This document shows, piece after piece, positions 9,177 to 19,334 of a stretch of 64,000 nt of DNA. Both the position numbers and the translations under genes were made by a program. The notes under the pieces are model-generated. The model worked only from the letters and a program-made list of their open reading frames with translations, did not search any database and was not told the DNA's origin. How positions within the stretch are numbered: position 1 is the stretch's first letter; the number at the start of each line of letters is the position of its first letter. Source of the stretch: an uncultured bacterium. GTDB taxonomy: Bacteria; Patescibacteriota; Minisyncoccia; Moranbacterales; UBA2206. The stretch covers positions 62,746 to 126,745 of the forward strand of contig CAIZXS010000005.1 in the NCBI GenBank assembly GCA_903937035.1, given 5' to 3'.

Positions 9177-9476
9177 TTATGCCCTAGAATAGATTTTAAT
9201 TTCCCATTTCTTCTCTGCGCATTCAGTGCAAAAATATTGACCATCAAATTTTTTCACCAGGATTTTTTTTATGGCGGCTCCAATTCTTGATCTGGTACTC
9301 ACAAGCTCCATCAAGGCCATATTTACGAGCTCCTTGATGGTGATGAAGGTTTGCCTGCCATCACCTCCGCAGTTGGCGCAGTTATGAAAAACTGATTTTT
9401 GCTCAAGCAAAACATCTGCCTCAAAGCAACTATTGTCGCAGGTGATACTAATCCTGTTTTTTATTTTTGGCATCAT
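9177..9476 (-). CDS. Small zinc-ribbon protein (CxxxC/CxxC x3), function unknown
   Basis: 99 aa with Cys pairs CDNSC, CANC and CTEC. Own terminator downstream. Confidence 0.45.
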   Translation of the reverse strand: MMPKIKNRISITCDNSCFEADVLLEQKSVFHNCANCGGDGRQTFITIKELVNMALMELVSTRSRIGAAIKKILVKKFDGQYFCTECAEKKWEIKIYSRA

Positions 9477-9585
9477 TGCTCCCTTATATTTCTAGCGTTG
9501 TAGGGGTATATGTTAAATAGCAATTCAATTTGATTCTAATAAGGTACTATAGTTTAATATTTAGTAGAAGTCAATAGTGAAAGGT

Positions 9586-11625
9586 TTAAAATATTAAAAT
9601 AATTTCATTCAACTTCGCATTTATTTTTTTCCAAAATTGGTTTGGTGATTTTGCGCTTGTCGTTTTTTGAGAAATATTTTTAGTGGTTGCGGCTCCCAAA
9701 ACTAGACCTTGATTCGGCAATAACTTTTTAGATGGAGAAATATTTGATCCGGCGAAAAGCAAGGCGATTTGTTTTTCTCGTTTTGCACTCCAGCTTGGGT
9801 TTTCACTATATTTTCCTAAATCAGATAGAGCGAAGTCGGCCTTTTCTTGTTCTAGCTCTGGTGTGCTGTTTGCATTGCCCTCTGAATTATTTAATTCTGT
9901 TTCCTGACCAATAGCTGCCACTTCTGTATTATTTTGTGAGATAATTTTAGTATTAGGTAATGTCTCTGTTTCTGCATTATTTTGATCATTTGTCCATTGC
10001 CAATCATTGCCGTCTTTTCGGTAGAGCTCATCTTCTAAGATCGAATCATCTTTGCGGTCATATTTGAGTTTGTCAGCCACCTTGCCATTAGGATATCGCA
10101 GTTCAATCTTGGCTTGCTTGTTGCCGAGGGAGAATGCACAGAAATCACGTGTCAGTTTTTTTATTTCTCCAGCTTTTAGAATAAATTTCTTGTTGATTGG
10201 ATGGTTGTAGAGATTTTTCCAGCCAGTGGCAATGCTCCAACCCTTGAGATTAACTTTTTTCTTGGTGTCGTTCCGAACTTCTAGCCACTCATATTTTGAA
10301 TCTTTTCCCTTGGGATTTGGCGAAAGAGAAATGATACGAACCTTGGCTTTGCCAAATTTTTCCACTACAACTTTAAAATTAAGCACATTATCTTCGCCAT
10401 CACCAGTGATTTTTAGTGAGGCCGCATAAGCACCTGCTTTTTCATATTTATGGCGGGTTTTTTGGAGATAGCTTTTGTGTCCATCACCGAAATCCCAAGT
10501 GAAATGTTTTGCTTTCTCATTAGCCTTTGCCTCAAAGTTGGCATAAATTCCAACATAGATCGTTTTATCTTTTTCAATTTGGGAGGATAAGAGCTCATCA
10601 AATTGATTTTCTACTCCTTTTGTGTCTTTGCTCGTCCATTGCCAAGCGGAGCCGTTCCAGGCATAGGCGTAGTCGTATTTTGGTTTCACATAACTTACGG
10701 AATCGATAGAATTTTCTTTTGTGCCATCTTTGGGCACAAGAAAAGCTGTGTCTGGCGAGGTGTTATTAAATTCGAAAGTTCCTTCCAGATAAACTAGCTC
10801 TTTTGGCGCAATTAGTTTTTCAGGAAAAGTAACTTTATGATTTTTTTCATCTTCAATCCACATCCCCGAAAGAGAAATAGTTTCATCTGAAATATTAACT
10901 ATCTCCACAAATTCTTTTTCAGCGTTTTTTGTTTTTGGTGCTGGAAAAATCTCGTTGATTTTGAGCTTGCCAGTGTAGGTATCTTTTTTTTCTTTGGTTG
11001 TATCATCTTTTGGCCCATCTGATTTTCCAGAATTTTTTCCCACTAAATTAGTGGGGGATGGATTGTTTTGTGACGAAAAATCCTTAATGTTATCACCCGT
11101 ATCTTGAAAGTTTTTTCTTTCAATACTTTCTCCCTCAGCAGGATTTATGGCTGGATTATTTTCATAATCCTTAGCTGTTCCAAATCCAACCTTATCAACT
11201 AGAACTGCGCTGGCATCATATAGGAGAATGGTGTTGTTGCTGGAAATTGAATAAGAAGATCCTGAATAAGGCAGATCAGCGGAAACAGTATCCCTATAGT
11301 CAGAATGAGCGATTAAGAAATATTTACGAGAAGATAGGATCCCTGAAAATTTGGATGAAGAAATTAGATTGCTTTCTGTTCCTGTTGAGGTTTTCTTAGT
11401 TAATTTGTAGCCGGAAAGATTAATTTCTAAATCAGTTGGGTTGTATAGCTCTATAAATTCTTCCGTTGATTTTCCTGTCCCGCCGCCAGTTTGAATTTCA
11501 CTAATGATCAGATGTGAAACAACTTCTTCAGCCAAACAGTTTTTCCCAAAACAAAAAATCGCCACCGCTAAAAAAGGTAAAAATATAAACAAACTTATTT
11601 TTGTTTTTATATTTTTATTTTTCAC
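9586..11625 (-). CDS. Secreted protein with three lamin-tail domains (LTD) and one PKD domain
   Basis: 679 aa. Signal peptide KISLFIFLPFLAVAIFCF. LTD motifs ISEIQTGGG..EFIELYNPTDLEINLSGYKL, KINEIFPAP..EFVEIVNISDETISLSGMWI and VRIISLSPNPKG..EWLEVRNDTKKKVNLKGWSI. PKD motif HFTWDFGDGH...YEKAGAYAASLKITGDGED. Confidence 0.7.
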   Translation of the reverse strand: MKNKNIKTKISLFIFLPFLAVAIFCFGKNCLAEEVVSHLIISEIQTGGGTGKSTEEFIELYNPTDLEINLSGYKLTKKTSTGTESNLISSSKFSGILSSRKYFLIAHSDYRDTVSADLPYSGSSYSISSNNTILLYDASAVLVDKVGFGTAKDYENNPAINPAEGESIERKNFQDTGDNIKDFSSQNNPSPTNLVGKNSGKSDGPKDDTTKEKKDTYTGKLKINEIFPAPKTKNAEKEFVEIVNISDETISLSGMWIEDEKNHKVTFPEKLIAPKELVYLEGTFEFNNTSPDTAFLVPKDGTKENSIDSVSYVKPKYDYAYAWNGSAWQWTSKDTKGVENQFDELLSSQIEKDKTIYVGIYANFEAKANEKAKHFTWDFGDGHKSYLQKTRHKYEKAGAYAASLKITGDGEDNVLNFKVVVEKFGKAKVRIISLSPNPKGKDSKYEWLEVRNDTKKKVNLKGWSIATGWKNLYNHPINKKFILKAGEIKKLTRDFCAFSLGNKQAKIELRYPNGKVADKLKYDRKDDSILEDELYRKDGNDWQWTNDQNNAETETLPNTKIISQNNTEVAAIGQETELNNSEGNANSTPELEQEKADFALSDLGKYSENPSWSAKREKQIALLFAGSNISPSKKLLPNQGLVLGAATTKNISQKTTSAKSPNQFWKKINAKLNEIILIF

Positions 11626-11659
11626 CCTCCTTACTCCTTAAAACTAAAAAGTCAAAAAG

Positions 11660-12247
11660 CTAACGCAATTCATCATGAATTTCCCTGCGGATTACCGCGC
11701 CAAGCTCATGAGCCTCCTTTTTCTCATAGGTCTTTTGCAGATTCATTATAAGATCTTTAATTGCATAGGGGTCGGGGACATTGTGGAAGACGAAGCGTTC
11801 TTTTTCTGCGGCAGTCTGAATGTATAGGTCGCCATAATTGAGAAAGGTGGGAATGATTCCAAGAACTTCTACTGTGATATCTTGGATATTTTCCAGTTCA
11901 AGTTCGCTCACGCCACGAGAAAAGAGGCCCCGTTGTTCGATATTTACGATTCGTTCGTTAGTAACAATCCAAACGTCGAAATAATAATCAATCCAAATCA
12001 CAAAAAAGAGCATCCAAGTGAAAGTCAGGAATGAATTTTGAATAAAATATAGCAGATTGGCACCGAGAATTTCATTGAATGATGGTAAGAAAAGAGGAAC
12101 GAAGGTGAAACTTCCAAAAAAAAGAAGCAGCATCGCAAAGATTATGACAAACTGGCTCAGAATATCAAACCAATGGCGGTGTACTACCATAAGAATCCCT
12201 TCATTTGGTTTTTGCCCTTTGAAATGGAACTGGTTAAAATTTTGCAT
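11660..12247 (-). CDS. YdbS/YdbT-like membrane protein with bacterial PH (bPH_2) domain
   Basis: 195 aa, two N-terminal TM helices followed by VWIVTNERIVNIEQRGLFSR.. (bPH_2-like). Confidence 0.5.
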   Translation of the reverse strand: MQNFNQFHFKGQKPNEGILMVVHRHWFDILSQFVIIFAMLLLFFGSFTFVPLFLPSFNEILGANLLYFIQNSFLTFTWMLFFVIWIDYYFDVWIVTNERIVNIEQRGLFSRGVSELELENIQDITVEVLGIIPTFLNYGDLYIQTAAEKERFVFHNVPDPYAIKDLIMNLQKTYEKKEAHELGAVIRREIHDELR

Positions 12248-12249
12248 AG

Positions 12250-12489
12250 TTAAAAAGTGTTGAAATTATTGGAAAATATTTGGGAGATGATGTTATTCCA
12301 GTCAACAGAAGAAAAGAGCACTACGTTTGAAATTAGTAGGAAAAATGAAATAACTGAAAAAACAGTTACAATAACATGGCTGAAATGAGGATTGATAGCG
12401 TATTTAATTAGATGATAGGCGATAAAAAAAGAAATTAAAAAAAAGCTCAAAAGAAAGACGGCATACAGGCAAAAAATAATAATAAGCAT
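12250..12489 (-). CDS. Small hydrophobic protein (2 TM), hypothetical
   Basis: 79 aa ORF filling the gap between ruvB and the bPH_2 gene. Purely hydrophobic. Confidence 0.3.
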   Translation of the reverse strand: MLIIIFCLYAVFLLSFFLISFFIAYHLIKYAINPHFSHVIVTVFSVISFFLLISNVVLFSSVDWNNIISQIFSNNFNTF

Positions 12490-12505
12490 GGTAAGGCTAA
12501 AAAAA

Positions 12506-13522
12506 TTAAACTATTTTTGTGGGAAATTTAATTCCAAGGTGATTATAGGCTGCTTCAGTGGCAATTCTTCCCCGTGGTGTGCGGTTAAGAAAGCCTATTT
12601 GTAAGAGGTATGGCTCATAAACATCTTCAATCGTTTTGATTTCTTCTGATGTAGCTGCGGCAACGGTTGACAGGCCAACTGGACCGCCGGAAAATTTCTC
12701 AATAATGGTGCGAAGGATGTGTTTGTCGGCTGGCTCAAGACCCAACTCATCAACATCAATCATTTCTAGTGCTTCTCTGGCTCGTACGCTGTCTATGGTG
12801 GGATAATTTTTGATTTGAGAGAAATCTCTTACGCGCTTCAATAGGCGGTTCGCTACGCGAGGTGTACAACGGGCACATTTGGCGATTTCTGAGAGCCCGG
12901 TATCTTCCATTGGAACATCGAGAATTTTTCCAGAACGCCTGAGGATTCGTTCAATTTCTCCTTTTTCATAAAATTCCAAGCGATGAATGGCGCCAAAGCG
13001 GTTGCGCAGGGGATTGGAAAGCGAGCCAAGTTTTGTTGTTGCGCCGATCAGGGTAAATTTTGGCAAATCAAGTTGAATTGTGCGAGCAGATGGGCCCTTG
13101 CCAATCACAATGTCCAACTTAAAATCTTCCATTGCTGGGTAGAGCACTTCCTCGATAGATTTGTTGAGCCTGTGAATTTCATCAATAAAAAGAATGTCAC
13201 CATCTTGCAAATTGGTTAGAATAGAACCAAAATCGCCCACGCGTTCAATGGCTGGGCCGGAAGTGGTCTTAATGCTCACTCCGAGTTCTTTTGCGATAAT
13301 GTTGGCGAGCGTTGTTTTACCAAGTCCAGCTGGTCCATATAAAAGAACATGCTCAATCTGCTCTTTTCTCTTTTTGGCTGCTTGAATGAGGATGTCGAGG
13401 TTTTTTTTGACTTTTTCCTGCCCAACATACTCAGAAAAGCTTTGTGGACGCAAAGTATTATCCAAATTCAGATCTTCAATTTGTTCGTGGGAGTTTGTGA
13501 TCATAATAAGGCTATTATACAC
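12506..13522 (-). CDS. ruvB: Holliday junction branch migration helicase RuvB
   Basis: 338 aa. Walker [18 protein letters not shown], sensor/arginine-finger regions, C-terminal winged helix. Confidence 0.92.
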   Translation of the reverse strand: MYNSLIMITNSHEQIEDLNLDNTLRPQSFSEYVGQEKVKKNLDILIQAAKKRKEQIEHVLLYGPAGLGKTTLANIIAKELGVSIKTTSGPAIERVGDFGSILTNLQDGDILFIDEIHRLNKSIEEVLYPAMEDFKLDIVIGKGPSARTIQLDLPKFTLIGATTKLGSLSNPLRNRFGAIHRLEFYEKGEIERILRRSGKILDVPMEDTGLSEIAKCARCTPRVANRLLKRVRDFSQIKNYPTIDSVRAREALEMIDVDELGLEPADKHILRTIIEKFSGGPVGLSTVAAATSEEIKTIEDVYEPYLLQIGFLNRTPRGRIATEAAYNHLGIKFPTKIV

Positions 13523-13774
13523 CTATTTGACAAAAGTCCAAAGGTGTGCTAGATTAGGAAGTCAGTGATTTTATATTTTTAATATATTGGCATTGGCAAG
13601 CAGTAAATTGCAGGCAATTGGTGGCTTCTATCTTTTGTCATCAATATGGGGAACTTTTTTCAAGACATGGGTAAAATGGTTGGCTTACTCCTTGAGCATA
13701 CTGACTGCGTTATTCCTCGATTTTGTTTCTTTTCTTGGGCTCCTAGTTCGAGATTTTTGCCTGCAGATTAGTGA

Positions 13775-13804
13775 TAATAAAAAGTGGCTATAGCCACTTT
13801 TTAT
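13775..13804 (-). terminator. Bidirectional rho-independent terminator after the tandem GspE gene
   Basis: Perfect palindrome agtggctatagccact, flanked by an A run upstream and a T run downstream. Confidence 0.55.
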
Positions 13805-13827
13805 GTTGTCTTGAATTTTTAGATTTT

Positions 13828-16800
13828 CTATATCTCTGTTACTCTTTCCACTTCCTCCAAAGTAGTCTCACCCTCTAAAACTTTCAAAATTCCATCTTGT
13901 GGCATTGTGATCATGCCTTCTTCCATGGCTTTTTGATTGAGTTCAGATGTGACTGCTCCTCGCATGACAGCTTCTTGGATTTCGCGGGAGAATGTAAATA
14001 TTTCACTGATGGTTGTGCGGCCCTTATAGCCAATGTGATTGCATTTATCGCAGCCATTGGGTTTGTGAATCTCTGATATTTCCGGGATTTCTACGCCTGC
14101 TTTTAGACTGATCGTTTTTAGGACTTTTTCCATCTTCTGTTTCTTTTCTTCAGTCGGAGCGATTTTTATTTTGCACTCACAGAGTGTGCGGACCAAGCGT
14201 TGAGCGATAAAAGCGTTGACTCCAGAGACAATATCCTCCGGTGCAACGCCCATATTGAGCATTCTAGCTACTGCTCCGGCAGCATTGTTGGTGTGGAGGG
14301 TGGAAAGTACGAGATGCCCCGTGAGAGCGGCTTGAACGGCAATGCTCGCGGTTTCATTGTCGCGGATTTCACCAATCATCATTATGTCGGGATTTTGGCG
14401 AAGCAGGGCGCGCAGGGCTGTGGAGAAAGTATAACCATCTTTTTCGCTGACGGGAGTTTGCAAGATACCTTCCATCTGATATTCGATTGGATCTTCCACG
14501 GTGATGATTTTGATTTCAGGATTTTTAATTAAATTCAAAATAGCATAGAGTGTAGTGGTTTTCCCGCTGCCAGTCGGTCCAGTATTCAAGACGACGCCAT
14601 TTGGTTTTGATACTTCAATTTTTATTTTTTCCAAATTTTGCTTTCTGATTCCTAGCTTATCCAAGTTCAGCTCCACAGATGATTTACTGAGAAGTCGCAT
14701 TACAACTGTTTCTCCAAACCCACCCAAAATTATAGACACACGGATGTCAACAGTCTTTTCTTTTAATTCTGTTAACTCTTCATCAAAACTGATACTAAAG
14801 CGACTATCGATTACACCTTGCCTCGCTTCAGTTTTCACGCCACTGAGCAGCTTGATCTGGCCCAAAAAGGTCGTGTATTCAGTAAGAGGAAGAGAGGCGA
14901 TTGTTTGGAGGATGCCATCAATGCGGAAGCGGATTTTGACGCTTTCCTTTTCTGGTTCAATGTGAATGTCTCCTACACTCAAAATTTGAGCAGCGGAAAA
15001 AATGATCTTAATGGTGTCTGTGATTTTTGTTCCAACAAGGAGCGTTTGCATTTTTTCAAAATCATTAACATTGTCCTTGGTTTTGTCAAAAAACTCCTTT
15101 TTAATCGGCAAGGTACTGCCTAGGATTTGTGACATTAATTTTTCATAAATACTTTCCAAAAAGTCCCCTTGTCCAGTGACTTTTTTCACCTCGTCAATGG
15201 AGGTGACACCACTTACGGCTTTTAGGATTCCATCTTGGAGCATTGTTACCATGCCTTCTTCAAGAACGGCCATCGTTATTTCTGTTTCACCAGCCAAATC
15301 AAGAATCAGTTTTTCTGTTTCCGGACTAATTGTGAGAACTTCAAAAATACCCATTCGTCCTTTATAACCAGTATTACCACATTTAAGGCAACCTTTTGGG
15401 CGATAGAGTTGATCAATGCTTTTGGGAATTTCCACTTTCGCTCGTGGAGAAATGATGGATAAAATTCTTTTGATTGAATCAATTGTTTCTTTGGCGGGAA
15501 CATAGGATTCTTTGCAGCTACAAAGCTTGCGAACTAGTCGTTGCCCGATAACGGCGTTTACTGCTGGGGCGATGAAAGAAGGCTTGACGCCCATTTCAAC
15601 GAGACGGGGAATGGAGGCAATTGCACTATTGGTATGAAAAGTGGAAAGCACGAGATGTCCAGTGAGGGCAGAGTTGATGGCGATGTCAGCTGTTTCATCA
15701 TCGCGGATTTCACCAACTAGAATAATATCTGGATCTTGACGCACGATTGCGCGAAGACCGGTGGCAAAAGTGTAGCCACGAGCTTTTTCGATCTGAGTTT
15801 GGGAGACTCCTTTGACTTGGTACTCGATTGGATCTTCGATGGTGATAATCTTTTTATCTGGAGTGTTTAGCTTGCTGATAATGGCATAAAGAGTGGTAGT
15901 TTTTCCGCTGCCAGTTGGCCCTGTAGTGAGGATCATGCCATTTGGGGCTTCGATTTGCTTTTGAACTGTTTCATAGGCTAATCCCTGCAATCCGAGCTGC
16001 TCAATGTTGACATTGATCGAATCTGGATCAAGGAGTCGCATTACGATGGACTCTCCAAAGCTGCCAGGAATCGATGAAGCGCGGATAGCAATTTTTTTAT
16101 TTGATAGATTGACCTCAAAAGTTCCGTCTTGCGCCATATCAGAAAGATTGAGTTTCATGCCAGACATCATCTTGATTCTTGTCGCGATTCTTTTGTGGAT
16201 ATTGAGTGGAAAAAAAGCCACATCCTGGAGTACTCCGTCGATTCGATAGCGCAAGCGAAAATCTTTTTCTTCTGGCTCAATGTGAACATCGGATGCTCCT
16301 AGTGAATATGCTCCGGCCATGATGGTGTTCATGACGTCGGTTATAGGCATTTCCTTGATTCTGTCTTTTAGGACAATCAGGTTTTTTAGGGCTGTTTCAA
16401 ATTCACCAAGTTCGCTGTCATCAATTGTTAGACTTAACTGATCAAGGATTTCAGCGAAAACAATTTTTTTGTATTTTTCCAAAACTCGATCAAAGTTGTA
16501 ACTTGAAATAACAAAGAGTTTTGTTTGTATCCCGAGTTTTTCGGAAAAAGCTTTAAGGAATTCTCTCGTGTCTTCTCTCGTGGGGTCGGTGGTTACGATT
16601 GTGGCAAGCTTGCTTTTTCGTTGGATGGCGGCAATGCCGAATTTTCTGGCAGCACTTTCTTCAATCAATTTCAAGCTATCAATGGAAACGGGAACAATGT
16701 TGGTGTCAATATAGGGGAGTTCAAGTTGGGCAGCAAATTGCGCTGTCTTTTCCTCTTCTGATTGATGCTGCAGCTTGGAAACTAATTTGCTTGAAGTGGC

Positions 16801-16848
16801 TTTTTTTTCTTCTTCTGCCCCAACTGTTTTTTTTGTTATTTTTATCAT
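13828..16848 (-). CDS. Type II/IV secretion system ATPase (GspE/PilB family) with two complete tandem ATPase cores in one polypeptide
   Basis: 1006 aa. N-terminal T2SE_Nter-like region. Two Walker A boxes (TGPTGSGKTTTLYAI twice), two Asp boxes, two His boxes (LVLSTFHTN / LVLSTLHTN) and two tetracysteine motifs (CSCK..CLKCGNTGYKGR and CECK..CDKCNHIGYKGR). Confidence 0.85.
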   Translation of the reverse strand: MIKITKKTVGAEEEKKATSSKLVSKLQHQSEEEKTAQFAAQLELPYIDTNIVPVSIDSLKLIEESAARKFGIAAIQRKSKLATIVTTDPTREDTREFLKAFSEKLGIQTKLFVISSYNFDRVLEKYKKIVFAEILDQLSLTIDDSELGEFETALKNLIVLKDRIKEMPITDVMNTIMAGAYSLGASDVHIEPEEKDFRLRYRIDGVLQDVAFFPLNIHKRIATRIKMMSGMKLNLSDMAQDGTFEVNLSNKKIAIRASSIPGSFGESIVMRLLDPDSINVNIEQLGLQGLAYETVQKQIEAPNGMILTTGPTGSGKTTTLYAIISKLNTPDKKIITIEDPIEYQVKGVSQTQIEKARGYTFATGLRAIVRQDPDIILVGEIRDDETADIAINSALTGHLVLSTFHTNSAIASIPRLVEMGVKPSFIAPAVNAVIGQRLVRKLCSCKESYVPAKETIDSIKRILSIISPRAKVEIPKSIDQLYRPKGCLKCGNTGYKGRMGIFEVLTISPETEKLILDLAGETEITMAVLEEGMVTMLQDGILKAVSGVTSIDEVKKVTGQGDFLESIYEKLMSQILGSTLPIKKEFFDKTKDNVNDFEKMQTLLVGTKITDTIKIIFSAAQILSVGDIHIEPEKESVKIRFRIDGILQTIASLPLTEYTTFLGQIKLLSGVKTEARQGVIDSRFSISFDEELTELKEKTVDIRVSIILGGFGETVVMRLLSKSSVELNLDKLGIRKQNLEKIKIEVSKPNGVVLNTGPTGSGKTTTLYAILNLIKNPEIKIITVEDPIEYQMEGILQTPVSEKDGYTFSTALRALLRQNPDIMMIGEIRDNETASIAVQAALTGHLVLSTLHTNNAAGAVARMLNMGVAPEDIVSGVNAFIAQRLVRTLCECKIKIAPTEEKKQKMEKVLKTISLKAGVEIPEISEIHKPNGCDKCNHIGYKGRTTISEIFTFSREIQEAVMRGAVTSELNQKAMEEGMITMPQDGILKVLEGETTLEEVERVTEI

Positions 16849-16912
16849 ATTTTTACCATTAAACCCGAAAAAATTATTTTTTTATAGCTCTATTCTAGCA
16901 TGAAAAGAGAAA

Positions 16913-16949
16913 ACAAAAAAACAGCCTCAGACATTCGGGGCTGTTTTTT
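16913..16949 (-). terminator. Bidirectional terminator downstream of the DHH gene
   Basis: A run, then hairpin cagcctcagacattcggggctg, then T run. Confidence 0.5.
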
Positions 16950-16973
16950 CTGGAACGGTTTTTTGATACTAAA

Positions 16974-18116
16974 TTAAGTATTTATGAGTTGGGTACTTTC
17001 AATTTTGTCTCGAATGATTCTCGCGGTTAACATTAAATCGCTCTCGGTAGATTTAATTTCTAGCGCCTCATTGATTATGGGTTGTCCAAAAAGCAAGGAG
17101 ATTTTTCGAAGCAGCTCGTTGGTTGCTGCTTTGATAATAGCGATTGAGCTATTTGGGGCATTGCTATATATAATCATGAAAATTTGACCGTCGCTATAGT
17201 TCTCTTGTAGTTTTTCCAAAATTATCGGTAGGCTTTCTGGGCTGGTTCGGCTTTGAACAAAATCATCCAGAGAGAGGCTGGCCCAAGCTAGTTTGGTTTT
17301 TTCTTCCCAATTTAGCTTGCTCATGACTCTCCCGAGTAGTTTTAGGATTGATAGTGGCTGAGTTTTGTAGAGCCAGCGAATGATGCCTTGCTGATCGGCG
17401 CCTCGATCCATGAGATCGGCGGCGGCGAGTAGGGCTTTTGGCGTGGTGTTTTTCTTTTGGAAATTTCCAGTGGCACCAATGATTCCCGTCATGAGGCAAG
17501 TTGCTACATTTTTGTCAAAACTAGAAGGATCTACGCTTTCTAGTATTGGCTTTAAAATTTCTGCGCAAGATGAGGCTGTAATATCAACTAAATTGATTTG
17601 TCCAAAATTTTCATTGTTACTTCTGTGATCGATATTTATAATAGGAACCTCGAAGAATAGATCTGAGTTGTTGATGTAAACTGTTCCTAGGCTTTCTAAG
17701 TCTGGGCTATCTAAAATAACAATGAGGTCATATTTGAATTTGGCTAGGATGAAAGAAAAGTCTCTTGGATCAATTGAGCCTTTTTCAGGCGTAAGATAGA
17801 CGTTAAAAGAATCGCCAATTGTTTCTTGGCGCAGTCCCATGATTTTATTGCGACTAGTATCGAACGACAGGACGAATTCGCGCGCACCTGATATTTCTGA
17901 AATGATATTTTTCGGACCTGGGAGGAAGTCAATCTTTGCTTCAGAGGGTTTTTTATTTGAAACGATTGTGGCGGAAATGTTCTTGTTTTCCAAAAAAAAA
18001 TTCAATGCCCAGGCGCTTCCAATTGCGTCAAAGCTGGGATTTTCAGGAATGAAAATGAGCACATCCTTGGCGCCAGTGATGAATTTATAAAATTGTTCTT
18101 GTGGATCTAGGCTCAT
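16974..18116 (-). CDS. DHH-family phosphoesterase-like protein (NrnA-like architecture, motifs partly degenerate)
   Basis: 380 aa. VLIFIPENPSFDAIGSAWAL (motif I region) and NIDHRSN (DHH-like motif III reading DHR). C-terminal DHHA1-like region without a clean GGGH. Confidence 0.5.
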   Translation of the reverse strand: MSLDPQEQFYKFITGAKDVLIFIPENPSFDAIGSAWALNFFLENKNISATIVSNKKPSEAKIDFLPGPKNIISEISGAREFVLSFDTSRNKIMGLRQETIGDSFNVYLTPEKGSIDPRDFSFILAKFKYDLIVILDSPDLESLGTVYINNSDLFFEVPIINIDHRSNNENFGQINLVDITASSCAEILKPILESVDPSSFDKNVATCLMTGIIGATGNFQKKNTTPKALLAAADLMDRGADQQGIIRWLYKTQPLSILKLLGRVMSKLNWEEKTKLAWASLSLDDFVQSRTSPESLPIILEKLQENYSDGQIFMIIYSNAPNSSIAIIKAATNELLRKISLLFGQPIINEALEIKSTESDLMLTARIIRDKIESTQLINT

Positions 18117-18212
18117 AGAAAAAATAGGGGTTAGGTTTTTAGGTAGTATTTCAAGGTAGCAGGGATTTTTGTGAGTGTCAAATGGGAGTGTTTTGTGGAT
18201 ATTTTTCCGAAC

Positions 18213-18240
18213 AAAAAAGAGCCCTAATCAATAAGGGCTC
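18213..18240 (-). terminator. Rho-independent terminator after ispG
   Basis: Minus-strand hairpin gagcccttattgattagggctc followed by a T run. Confidence 0.55.
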
Positions 18241-18259
18241 CTAAAGGAGGGCTAATAAA

Positions 18260-19312
18260 TTATAATTTCTCGATTTCTTCCAAGAGTGTCTTGAGAATAT
18301 CCTTTTCCTGAACTGATTTAATTACCTTGCCTTTGGCAAATATCGCACCCATGCCTTTTCCGCCAGCCACGCCAATGTCGGCTTCACGCGCTTCACCAGG
18401 GCCGTTGACCACACAGCCCATAACAGCGATATGGATATCTTTGTCAATATTTTTCACCGCTGCTTCAACTTTTTCAGCCAAGTCGATGAGAGCAATTTGG
18501 GTTCGTCCACAAGTTGGGCAGCTGGTAACGGTTACACCTTTTTTTCTCAGTTTTAGTGATTTTAAAATCTCCCATGCCACTTTCATTTCTTCAACAGGAC
18601 TTGCCGTGAGTGAAACACGCAGAGTGGCGCCGATGCCTTCATAGAGGAGAATTCCAAGACCAATCGACGACATAATTGTTCCACGGAAAATTGTACCGGC
18701 TTCGGTGATACCAATGTGCATTGGGTAGTCAACTTTTTTGGACAAAAGGCGATAGGCTTCAACCGTTCTTTCAATGTCCGAGGCTTTCATGGAAATTAAG
18801 ATGTCTTTAAATTTATATTTTTCCAAAATTCGAATATGGCGCATGGCTGATTCAACCATCCCTGCTGCCGTGACCTTGTCTTTGTATTTTTTTAGTATGT
18901 CTTTTTCCAAAGAGCCGCCGTTAATGCCAATCCGAATTGGAATTTTGTTTTTCTTGCAAGCCATTACCACTGCCCTTATTTTGTCTTCTGTTCCTATATT
19001 TCCCGGATTGATGCGAACTTTGTCAATACCTTGCGCAATAACTTCGAGTGCTAATTTGTGATCAAAATGAATGTCGGCCACAAGTGGAATGTGAATTAGT
19101 TTTTTGATTTTCCCCACAGCTTTTGCTGCTTCCATGTCCAAAATGGCTACGCGCACAATCTCGCAGCCAGCTTTTTCTAGCTCCAAAATTTGTTTCACGG
19201 TTGCCTTGATATCTCGCGTATCGGTGTTGCACATTGATTGTACGCGCACAGGATTTCCACCGCCCAGCTTGTATGGTCCAACTTTGACGACGCGGGATTT
19301 GTATTTTTTCAT
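18260..19312 (-). CDS. ispG: 4-hydroxy-3-methylbut-2-en-1-yl diphosphate synthase IspG/GcpE
   Basis: 350 aa. MKKYKSRVVKVGPYKLGGGNPVRVQSMCNTDT.., C-terminal Fe-S cysteines CPTCGR. Confidence 0.9.
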   Translation of the reverse strand: MKKYKSRVVKVGPYKLGGGNPVRVQSMCNTDTRDIKATVKQILELEKAGCEIVRVAILDMEAAKAVGKIKKLIHIPLVADIHFDHKLALEVIAQGIDKVRINPGNIGTEDKIRAVVMACKKNKIPIRIGINGGSLEKDILKKYKDKVTAAGMVESAMRHIRILEKYKFKDILISMKASDIERTVEAYRLLSKKVDYPMHIGITEAGTIFRGTIMSSIGLGILLYEGIGATLRVSLTASPVEEMKVAWEILKSLKLRKKGVTVTSCPTCGRTQIALIDLAEKVEAAVKNIDKDIHIAVMGCVVNGPGEAREADIGVAGGKGMGAIFAKGKVIKSVQEKDILKTLLEEIEKL

Positions 19313-19334
19313 GTAATTAGGATGTTTTAAAAAT

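Noticed and set aside
13587-13793. 68-aa hydrophobic plus-strand ORF between ruvB and the GspE gene, downstream of a TTGACA-17-TAGATT promoter-like motif
   Set aside because: No SD, and the region is better explained as the ruvB promoter plus the GspE terminator. It is kept only as a low-probability small membrane protein and is not listed as a feature.
14200-15503. Several 60-136 aa plus-strand ORFs inside the GspE/PilB gene
   Set aside because: Internal antisense ORFs of a strongly supported 1006-aa gene.
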